Made by a program: the position numbers and the translations under genes. Positions 1 through 14,000 of a stretch of DNA of 64,000 nt are shown one piece after another. Under the pieces are notes generated by a model. That model had not been told where the DNA came from, did no database searches, and worked only from the letters and a program-made list of their open reading frames with translations. Numbering within the stretch: position 1 is the first letter of the stretch; each line of letters starts with the position of its first letter. Source of the stretch: the human T2T-CHM13v2.0 reference genome, Homo sapiens; the NCBI RefSeq assembly GCF_009914755.1, contig NC_060945.1. One strand, 5' to 3'.

Positions 1-3000
1 AGTACCCAAGGTATATATTCTATACTGTACCAAAAATAACAAAGTACCAAAAGCATGTATTATATACTGTACCTAAAATATGAATGTACATCAAATATAT
101 ATTTTATTCTGTACATAAAATATCAAAGTACACCAGATATATATTCTATAGTGTACATAAAATATCAAAGTACCCAAACTATACATTATATACTGTACAT
201 AAAATATGAAATTACATCAAATATATATTATATTAGGTACATAAAATATGAAAGTACATCAAATATAGATTATATACTGTACATAAAATATCAAGGTACC
301 CCACATATATATTATATACTCTACATGAAATATCAAAGTTCACAAACTATATATTATATACTGTACATAAAATATCAAAGTACCCAAGGTATATATTCCA
401 TACTGCACAAAAAATTTCAAAGTACCCAAAGCATGTATTATATACTGTATATAAAATATGAAAGTACATCAAATATATATTTTATTCTGTACATAAAATA
501 TCAAAGTACACCAGATATATATTCTATAGTGTACATAAAATAACAAAGTACACAAACTATAAATTATATACTGTACATAAAATATGAAATTACATCAAAT
601 ATATATTAGGTACATAAAATATGAAAGTACATCAAATATAGATTATATACTGTACATAAAATATCAATGTACCCCAAATATATATTTTATACTCTACATG
701 AAATATCAAAGTTCACAAACTATATATTATATACTATACATAAAATATCAAAGTACCCAAGGTATATATTCTATACTATACAAAAAGTATCAAAGTACCC
801 AAAGCATGTATTATATACTGTACATAAAATATGAAAGTACATCAAATATATATTTTATTCTGTACATAAAATATCAAAGTACACCAGATATATATTCTAT
901 AGTGTACATAAAATATCAAAGTACCCAAACTATACATTATATACTGTACATAAAATATGAAATTACATCAAATATATTTTATATTAGGTACATAAAATAT
1001 GAAAGTACATCAAATATAGATTATATACTGTACATTAAATACCAAAGTACCCCAAATATATATTTTATACTGTACATGAAATATCAAAGTTCACAAACTA
1101 TATATTATATACTGTACATATAATATTAAAGTACCCAAGGTATATATTCTATACTGTACAAAAAATAACAAAGTACCAAAAGCATGTATAATATACTGTA
1201 CATAAAATATGAAAGTACATCAAATATATATTTTATTCTGTACATAAAATATCAAAGTACACCAGATATATATTCTATAGTGTACATAAAATATCAAAGT
1301 ATCCAAACTATACATTATATACTGTACATAAAATATGAAATTACATCAAATATATATTATATTAGGTACAGAAAATATGAAAGTACATCAAATATAGATT
1401 ATATAGTGTACATAAAATACCAAAGTACCCCAAATATATATATTATACTGTACATGAAATATCAAAGTTCACAAACTATATATTATATACTGTACATAAA
1501 ATATCAATGTACCCAAGGTATATATTCTATACTGTACAAAAAATATCAAAGTACCCAAAGCATGTATTATATACTGTACATAAAATATGAAAGTACATCA
1601 AATATATATTTTATTCTGTAAATACAATATCAAAGTACACCAAATATATATTCTATACTGTACATAGAATATCAAAGAACCCAAACTATACATTATATAC
1701 TGTACATAAAATATGAAATTACATCAAATATATTTTATATTAGGTACATAAAATATGAAAGTACATCAAATATAGATTATATGCTGTACATAAAATAAAA
1801 AAGTACCCAAATATATATTATATACTGTACATGAAATACCAAAGTTCACAAACTATATATTATATACTGTACATAAAATATCAATGTACCCAAGGTATAT
1901 ATTCTATACTGTACAAATAATATCAAAGTACCCAAAGCATGTATTATATACTGTACATAAAATATGAAATTACATCAAATATATATTTTATTCTGTACAC
2001 AAAATGTCAAAGTACACCAAATATATATTGTATAGTGTACATAAAATATCAAAGTACCCAAGCTATACATTATATACTGTAAATAAAATATGAAATTACA
2101 TCAAACCTATATTATAATAGGTACATAAATTATGAAAGTACATCAAATATAGATTATATACTGTACATAAAATACCAAAGTACCCCAAATATATATTTTA
2201 TACTGTACATGAAATATCAAAGTTGACAAACTATATATTATATACTGTACATAAAATATCAATGTACCCAAGGTACATATTCTATACTGTACAAAAAATA
2301 TCAAAGTACCCAAAGCATGTATTATATACTGTATATAAAATATGAAAGTACATCAAATATATATTTTATTCTGTACATAAAATATCAAAGTACACCAAAT
2401 ATATATTCTATACTGTACATAAAATATCAAAGTACCCAAACTATACATTATATACTGTACATAAAATATGAACTTACATCAAATATATATTATATTAGGT
2501 ACATAAAATATGAAAGTACATCAAATATAGATTATATACTGTACATAAAATATCAAAGTACCCAAATATATATTATATACTGTACATGAAATATCAAAGT
2601 TCACAAACTATATATTATATACTGTACATAAAATATCAATGTACCCAAGGTATATATTCTATACTGTACAAAAAATATCAAAGTACCCAAAGCATGTATT
2701 ATATACTGTACATAAAATATGAATGTACATCAAATACATATTTTATTCTGTACATAAAATATCAAAGTACACCAAATATGTATTCTATAGTGTACATAAA
2801 ATATCAAATTACCCAAACTATACATAACATACTGTACATAAAATATGAAATTACATCAAATATATATTATATTAGGTACATAAAATATGAAAGTAACCCA
2901 AATATATATTATATACTGTACATGTAATATCAAAGTTCACAAACTATATATTATATACTGTACATAAAATATCAAAGTACCCAAGGTATATATTCTATAC

Positions 3001-5009
3001 TGTATAAAAAACATCAAAGTACCCAAAGCATGTATTATATACTGTACATAAAATATGAAACTACATCAAATATATATTTTATTCTGTACAAAAAATATCA
3101 AAGTACACCAGACATATTTTCTATAGTGTACATAAAATATCAAAGTACCCAAAGCATGTATTATATACTGTACATAAAATATGAAAGTACATCAAATATA
3201 TATTTTATTCTGTACATAAAATATCAAAGTACACCAGATATATATTCTATAGTGTACATAAAATACCAAAAGTACCCAAACTATACATTATATACTGTAC
3301 ATAAAATATGAAATTACATCAAATATATTTTATATTAGGTACATAAAATATGAAAGTACATCAAATATAGATTATATACTGTACATTAAATACCAAAGTA
3401 CCCCAAATATATATTTTATACTGTACATGTAATATCAAAGTTCACACACTATATATTATATACTGTACATAAAATATCAAAGTACACAAGGTATATATTC
3501 TATACTGTACAAAAAATATCAAAGTACCCAAAGCATGTATTACATACTGTATACAAAATATGAAAATACATTAAATATATATTTTATTCTGTACATAAAA
3601 TATCAAAGTACACCAGATATGTATTCTATAGTGTACATAAAATAACAAAGTACACAAACTATAAATTATATACTGTACATAAAATATGAAATTACATCAA
3701 ATATATATTAGGTACATAAAATATGAAAGTACATCAAATATAGATTATATACTGTACATATAATATCAATGTACCCCAAATATATATTTTATACTCTACA
3801 TGAAATATCAAAGTTCACAAACCATACATTATATACTGTACATAAAATATCAAAGTACCCAAGGTATATATTCTATACTGTACCAAAAATATCAAAGTAC
3901 CCAAAGCATGTATTATATACTGTACATAAAATATGAAAGTACATCAAATATATATTTTATTCTGTACATAAAATATCAAAGTACACCAGATATATATTCT
4001 GTAGTGTACATAAAATATCAAAGTACCCAAACTATACAGTATATACTGTACATAAAATATGAAATTACATCAAATATATATGAGGTACATAAAACATGAA
4101 AGTATATCAAATATAGATTATATACTGTACATATAATATCAATGAACCCCAAATATATATTTTATACTCTACATGAAATATCAAAATTCACAAACCATAT
4201 ATTATATACTGTACATAAAATATCAAAGTACCCAAGGTATATATTCTATACTGTACAAAAAATATCAAAGTACCCAAAGCATGTATTATATACTGTACAT
4301 AAAATATGAAAGTACATCAAATATATATTTTATTCTGTACATAAAATATCAAAGTACACCAGATATATATTCTATAGTGTACATAAAATATCAAAGTACC
4401 CAAACTATACATTATATACTGTACATAAAATATGAAATTACATCAAATATATATTATATTAGGTACATAAAATATGAAAGCACATCAAATATAGATTATA
4501 TACTGTACATTAAATACCAAAGTACCCCAAATATATATTTTATACTGTACATCAAATATCAAAGTTCACAAACTATATATTATATACTGTACATAAAATA
4601 TCAAAGTACCCAAGGTATATATTCTATACTGCACAAAAAATATCAAAGTACCCAAAGCATGTATTATATACTGTACATAAAATATGAAAGTACATCAAAT
4701 ATATATTTTATTCTGTACATAAAACATCAAAGTACACCAGATATATATTCTATAGCGTACATAAAATATCAAAGTACCCAAACTATACATTATACACTGT
4801 ACATAAAATATGAAATTACATCAAATATATATTATATTAGGTACATAAAATATGAAAGTACATCAAATATAGATTATATACTGCACATAAAATATCAAAG
4901 TACCCCAAATATATATTATATACTCTACATGAAATATCAAAGTTCACAAACTATATATTATATACTGTACATAAAATATCAAAGTACCCAAGGTATATAT
5001 TCTATACTT

Positions 5010-7550
5010 TACAAAAAATATCAAAGTATCCAAAGCATGTATTATATACTGTATATAAAATATGAAAGTACATCAAATATATATTTTATTCTGTACATAA
5101 AATATCAAAGTACACCAGATATATATTCTATAGTGTACATAAAATAACAAAGTACACAAACTATAAATTATATACTGTACATAAAATATGAAATTTCATC
5201 AAATATATATTATATTAGGTACAGAAAATATGAAAGTACATCAAATATAGATTGTATACTGTACATAAAATACCAAAGTACCCCAAATATATATATTATA
5301 CTGTACATGAAATATCAAAGTTCACAAACCATATATTATATACTGTACATAAAATATCAAAGTACCCAAGGTATATATTCTATACTGTACAAAAAATATC
5401 AAAGTACCCAAAGCATGTATTATATACTGTACATAAAATATGAAACTACATCAAATATATATTTTATTCTGGACAAAAAATATCAAAGTACACCAGACAT
5501 ATTTTCTATAGTGTACATAAAATATCAAAGTACCCAAAGCATGTATTATATACTGTACATAAAATATGAAAGTACATCAAATATATATTTTATTCTGTAC
5601 ATAAAATATCAAAGTACACCAGATATATATTCTATAGTGTACATAAAATATCAAAAGTACCCAAACTATACATTATATACTGTACATAAAATATGAACTT
5701 ACATCAAATATATATTATATTAGGTACATAAAATATGAAAGTACATCAAATATAGATTATATACTGTACATTAAATACCAAAGTACCCCAAATATATATT
5801 TTATACTCTACATGTAATATCAAAGTTCACACACTATATATTATATACTGTACATAAAATATCAAAGTACCCAAGGTATATATTCTATACTGTACAAAAA
5901 ACATCAAAGTACCCAAAGCATGTATTATATACTGTACATAAAATATGAAAGTACATCAAATATATATTTTATTCTGTACATAAAATATCAAAGTACACCA
6001 GATATATATTCTATAGTGTATATAAAATATCAAAGTACCCAAACTATACATTATATACTGTACATAAAATATGAAATTACATCAAATATATATTATATTA
6101 GGTACATAAAATATGAAAGTACATCAAATATAGATTATATACTGTACATAAAATATCAAAGTACCCCAAAGATATATTATATACTCTACATGAAATATCA
6201 AAGTTCACAAACTATATATTATATACTGTACATAAAATATCAAAGTACCCAAGGTATATATTCTATACTGTACAAAAAATATCAAAGTATCCAAAGCATG
6301 TATTATATACTGTATATAAAATATGAAAGTACATCAAATATATATTTTATTCTGTACATAAAATATCAAAGTACACCAGATATATATTCTATAGTGTACA
6401 TAAAATAACAAAGTACACAAACTATAAATTATATACTGTACATAAAATATGAAATTTCATCAAATATATATTATATTAGGTACAGAAAATATGAAAGTAC
6501 ATCAAATATAGATTGTATACTGTACATAAAATACCAAAGTACCCCAAATATATATATTATACTGTACATGAAATATCAAAGTTCACAAACCATATATTAT
6601 ATACTGTACATAAAATATCAAAGTACCCAAGGTATATATTCTATACTGTACAAAAAATATCAAAGTACCCAAAGCATGTATTATATACTGTACATAAAAT
6701 ATGAAACTACATCAAATATATATTTTATTCTGGACAAAAAATATCAAAGTACACCAGACATATTTTCTATAGTGTACATAAAATATCAAAGTACCCAAAG
6801 CATGTATTATATACTGTACATAAAATATGAAAGTACATCAAATATATATTTTATTCTGTACATAAAATATCAAAGTACACCAGATATATATTCTATAGTG
6901 TACATAAAATATCAAAAGTACCCAAACTATACATTATATACTGTACATAAAATATGAACTTACATCAAATATATATTATATTAGGTACATAAAATATGAA
7001 AGTACATCAAATATAGATTATATACTGTACATTAAATATCAAAGTACCCCAAATATATATTTTATACTCTACATGTAATATCAAAGTTCACACACTATAT
7101 ATTATATACTGTACATAAAATATCAAAGTACCCAAGGTATATATTCTATACTGTACAAAAAACATCAAAGTACCCAAAGCATGTATTATATACTGTACAT
7201 AAAATATGAAAGTACATCAAATATATATTTTATTCTGTACATAAAATATCAAAGTACACCAGATATATATTCTATAGTGTATATAAAATATCAAAGTACC
7301 CAAACTATACATTATATACTGTACATAAAATATGAAATTACATCAAATATATATTATATTAGGTACATAAAATATGAAAGTACATCAAATATAGATTATA
7401 TACTGTACATAAAATATCAAAGTACCCCAAAGATATATTATATACTCTACATGAAATATCAAAGTTCACAAACTATATATTATATACTGTACATAAAATA
7501 TCAAAGTACCCAAGGTATATATTCTATACTGTACAAAAAATATCAAAGTA
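5010..7550. repeat. Tandem duplication, period 1261 bp (30 monomers + 1 bp)
   Basis: Identical or nearly identical ORFs are offset by 1261 (5252/6513, 5307/6568, 5920/7181). Shared rare variants include 'ggacaaaaaa' (5471/6732), 'gaaatttcatc' and 'gattgtatac'. Confidence 0.9.
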
Positions 7551-8009
7551 CCCAAAGCATGTATTATATACTGTATATAAAATATGAAAGTACATCAAAT
7601 ATATATTTTATTCTGTACATAAAATATCAAAGTACACCAGATATATATTCTATAGTGTACATAAAATAACAAAGTACACAAACTATAAATTATATACTGT
7701 ACATAAAATATGAAATTACATCAAATATATATTAGGTACATAAAATATGAAAGTACATCAAATATAGATTATATACTGTACATATAATATCAATGTACCC
7801 CAAATATATATTTTATACTCTACATGAAATATCAAAGTTCACAAACCATATATTATATACTGTACATAAAATATCAAAGTACCCAAGGTATATATTCTAT
7901 ACTATACAAAAAATATCAAAGTACCCAAAGCATGTATTATATACTGTACATAAAATATGAAAGTACATCAAATATATATTTTATTCTTTACATAATATAT
8001 CAAAGTACA

Positions 8010-11000
8010 CCAGATATATATTCTATAGTGTACATAAAATATAAAAGTACCAAAACTATACATTATATACTGTACATAAAATATGAAATTACATCAAATA
8101 TATATTATATTAGGTACATAAAATATGAAAGTACATCAAATATAGATTATATACTGTACATAAAATATCAAAGTACCCGAAATATATATTATATACTCTA
8201 CATGAAATATCAAAGTTCACAAACTATATATTATATACTGTACATAAAATATCAAAGTACCCAAGGTATATATTCTGTAATGTACAAAAAATATCAAAGT
8301 ATCCAAAGCATGTATTATACACTGTATATAAAATATGAAATTACATTAAATATATATTTTATTCTGTACATAAAATATCAAAGTACACCAGATATATATT
8401 CTATAGTGTCTATAAAATTACAAAATACACAAACTATAAATTATATACTGTACATAAAATATGAAATTACATCAAATATATATTAGGTACATAAAATATG
8501 AAAGTACATCAAATATAGATTATATACTGTACATATAATATCAATGTACCCCAAATATATATTTTATACTCTACATGAAATATCAAAGTTCACAAACCAT
8601 ACATTATATACTGTACATAAAATATCAAATTACCCAAGGTATATATTCTATACTGTACAAAAAATATCAAAGTACCCAAAGCATGTATTATATACTGTAC
8701 ATAAAATATGAAAGTACATCAAATATATATTTTATTCTGTACATAAAATATCAAAGTACACCAGATATATATTCTATAGTGTACATAAAATATCAAATTA
8801 CCCAAACTATACATTATATACTGTACATAAAATATGAAATTACATCAAATATATATTATATTAGGTACATAAAATATGAAAGTACATCAAATATAGATTA
8901 TATACTGTACATAAAATATCAAAGTACCCAAATATATATTATATACTCTACATGAAATATCAAAGTTCACAAACTATATATTATATACTATACATAAAAT
9001 ATCAAAGTACCCAAGGTATATATTCTATACTGTACAAAAAATATCAAAGTACCCAAAGCATGTATTATATACTGTACATAAAATATGAAAGTACATCAAA
9101 TATATATTTTATTCTGTACATAAAATATCAAAGTACACCAGATATATATTCTATAGTGTACATAAAATAACAAAGTACACAAACTATAAATTATATACTG
9201 TACATAAAATATGAAATTACATCAAATATATATTAGGTACATAAAATATGAAAGTACATCAAATATAGATTATATACTGTACATAAAATATCAAAGTACC
9301 CCAAATATATATTATATACTGTACATGAAATATCAAAGTTCACAAACTATATATTATATACTGTACATAAAATATCAAAGTACCCGAGGTATATATTCTA
9401 TACTGTACAAAAAATATCAAAGTACCCAAAACATGTATTATATACTGTACATAAAATATGAAAGTACATCAAATATATATTTTATTCTGTACATAAAATA
9501 TCAAAGTACACCAGATATATATTCTATAGTGTACATAAAATAACAAAGTACACAAACGATAAATTATATACTGTACATAAAATATGACATTACATCAAAT
9601 ATATATTAGGTACATAAAATATGAAAGTACATCAAATATAGATTATATACTGTACATAAAATATCAATGTACCCCAAATATATATTTTATACTCTACATG
9701 AAATATCAAAGTTCACAAACCATATATTATATACTGTACATATAATATCAAAGTACCCAAGGTATATATTCTATACAGTACAAAAAATATCAAAGTACCC
9801 AAAGCATGTATTTTATACTGTACATAAAATATGAAACTACATCAAATATATATTTTATTCTGGACAAAAAATATCAAAGTACACCAGACATATTTTCTAT
9901 AGTGTACATAAAATATCAAAGTACCCAAAGCATGTATTATATACTGTACATAAAATATGAAAGTACATCAAATATATATTTTATTCTGTACATAAAATAT
10001 CAAAGTACACCAGATATATATTCTATAGTGTACATAAAATATCAAAAGTACCCAAACTATACATTATATACTGTACATAAAATATGAACTTACATCAAAT
10101 ATATATTATATTAGGTACATAAAATATGAAAGTACATCAAATATAGATTATATACTGTACATTAAATACCAAAGTACCCCAAATATATATTTTATACTGT
10201 ACATGTAATATCAAAGTTCACACACTATATATTATATACTGTACATAAAATATCAAAGTACCCAAGGTATATATTCTATACTGTACAAAAAACATCAAAG
10301 TACCCAAAGCATGTATTATATACTGTACATAAAATATGAAAGTACATCAAATATATATTTTATTCTGTACATAAAATATCAAAGTACACCAGATATATAT
10401 TCTATAGTGTATATAAAATATCAAAGTACCCAAACTATAAATTATATACTGTACATAAAATATGAAATTACATCAAATATATATTATATTAGGAACATAA
10501 AATATGAAAGTACATCAAATATAGATTATATACTGTACATAAAATATCAAAGTACCCCAAAGATATATTATATACTCTACATGAAATATCAAAGTTCACA
10601 AACTATATATTATATACTGTACATAAAATATCAAAGTACCCAAGGTATATATTCTATACTGTACAAAAAATATCAAAGTACCCAAAGCATGTATTATATA
10701 CTGTATATAAAATATGAAAGTACATCAAATATATATTTTATTCTGTACATAAAATATCAAAGTACACCAGATATATATTCTATAGTGTACATAAAATAAC
10801 AAAGTACACAAACTATAAATTATATACTGTACGTAAAATATGAAATTACATCAAATATATATTAGGTACATAAAATATGAAAGTACATCAAATATAGATT
10901 ATATACTGTACATATATTATCAATGTACCCCAAATATATATTTTATACTCTACATGAAATATCAAAGTTCAGAAACCATATATTATATACTGTACATAAA

Positions 11001-14000
11001 ATATCAAAGTACCCAAGGTATATATTCTATACTGTACAAAAAATATCAAAGTACCCAAAGCATGTATTATATACTGTACATAAAATATGAAAGCACATCA
11101 AATATATATTTTATTCTGTACATAAAACATCAAAGTACACCAGATATATATTCTATACTGTACAAAAAATATCAAAGTACCCAAAGCATGTATTATATAC
11201 TGTACATAAAATATGAAATTACATCAAATATATATTATATTAGGTACATAAAATATGAAAGCACATCAAATATAGATTATATACTGTACATTAAATACCA
11301 AAGTAACACAAATATATATTTTATACTGTACATCAAATATCAAAGTTCACAAACTATATATTATATACTGTACATAAAATATCAAAGTACCCAAGGTATG
11401 TATTCTATACTGTATAAAAAATATCAAAGTACCCAAAGCATGTATTATATACTGTACATAAAATATGAAAGTACATCAAATATATATTTTATTCTGTACA
11501 TAAAATATCAAAGTACACCAGATATATATTCTATAGTGTACATAAAATATCAAAGTACCCAAACTATACATTATATACTGTACATAAAATATGAGATTAC
11601 ATCAAATATATATAATATTAGCTACATAAAATATGAAAGTACATCAGATATAGATTATATACTGTACAAAAAATATCAAAGTACCCCAAATATATATTAT
11701 ATTCTCTACATGAAATATCAAAGTTCACAAACTATATATTATATACTGTACATAAAATATCAAAGTACCCATGGTATATATTCTATACTGTACAAAAAAT
11801 ATCAAAGTACCCAAAGCATGTATTATATACTGTATACAAAATATGAAAATACATTAAATATATATTTTATTCTGTACATAAAATATCAAAGTACACCAGA
11901 TATGTATTCTATAGTGTACATAAAATAACAAAGTACACAAACTATAAATTATATACTGTACGTAAAATATGAAATTACATCAAATATATATTAGGTACAT
12001 AAAATATGAAAGTACATCAAATATAGATTATATACTGTACATATAATATCAATGTACCCCAAATATATATTTTATACTCTACATGAAATATCAAAGTTCA
12101 CAAACCATACATTATATACTGTACATAAAATATCAAAGTACCCAAGGTATATATTCTATACTGTACGAAAAATATCAAAGTACCCAAAGCATGTATTATA
12201 TACTGTACATAAAATATGAAAGTACATCAAATATATATTTTATTCTGTACATAAAATATCAAAGTACACCAGATATATATTCTATAGTGTACATAAAATA
12301 TCAAAGTACCCAAACTATACATTATATACTGTACATAAAATATGAAATTACATCAAATATATATTAGGTACATAAAATATGAAAGTATATCAAATATAGA
12401 TTATATACTGTACATATAATATCAATGTACCCCAAATATATATTTTATACTCTACATGAAATATCAAAATTCACAAACTATATATTATATACTGTACATA
12501 AAATATCAAAGTACCCAAGTTATATATTCTATACTGTACAAAAAATATCAAAGTACCCAAAGCATGTTTTATATACTGTACATAAAATATGAAAGTACAT
12601 CAAATATATATTTTATTCTGTAAATAAAATATCAAAGTACACCAGATATATATTCTATAGTGTACATAAAATATCAATGTACCCAAACTATACATTATAT
12701 ACTGTACATAAAATATGAAATTACATCAAATATATATTATATTAGGTACATAAAATATGAAAGCACATCAAATATAGATTATATACTGTACATTAAATGC
12801 CAAAGTACCCCAAATATATATTTTATACTGTACATCAAATATCAAAGTTCACAAACTATATATTATATACTGTACATAAAATATCAAAGTACCCAAGGTA
12901 TATATTCTATACTGTACAAAAAATATCAAAGTATCCAAAGCATGTATTATATACTTTATATAAAATATGAAAGTACGTCAAATATATATTTTATTCTGTA
13001 CATAAAATATCAAAGTACACCAGATATATATTCTATAGTGTACATAAAATAACAAAGTACACAAACTATAAATTATATACTGTACATAAAATATGAAATT
13101 ACATCAAATATATATTAGGTACATAAAATATGAAAGTACATCAAATATAGATTATATACTGTACATATAATATCAATGTACCCCAAATATATATTTTATA
13201 CTCTACATGAAATATCAAAGTTCACAAACCATATATTATATACTGTACATAAAATATCAAAGTACCCAAGGTATATATTCTATACTATACAAAAAGTGTC
13301 AAAGTACCCAAAGCATGTATTATATACTGTACCTAAAATATGAAAGTACATCAAATATATATTTTATTCTGTACATAAAATATCAAAGTACACCAGATAT
13401 ATATTCTATACTGTACATAAAATATCAAAGTACCCAAACTATATATTATATACTGTACATAAAATATGAAATTACATCAAATATATTTTATATTAGGTAC
13501 ATAAAATATGAAAGTACATCAAATATAGATTATATACTGTACATTAAATACCAAAGTACCCCAAATATATATTTTATACTGTACATAAAATATCAAAGTT
13601 CACAAACTATATATTATATACTGTACATATAATATCAAAGTACCCAGGGTATATATTCTATACTGTACAAAAAATAACAAAGTACCAAAAGCATGTATAA
13701 TATACTGTACATAAAATTTGAAAGTACATCAAATATATATTTTATTCTGTACATAAAATATCAAAGTACACCCGATATATATTCTATAGTGTACATAAAA
13801 TATCAAAGTACCCAAACTATACATTATATACCGTACATAAAATATGAAATTACATCAAATATATATTAGGTTCATAAAATATGAAAGTACATCAAATATA
13901 GATTATATACTGTACATTAAATACCAAAGTACCCCAAATATATATTTTATACTCTACATGAAATATCAAAGTTCACAAACTATATATTATATACTGTACA

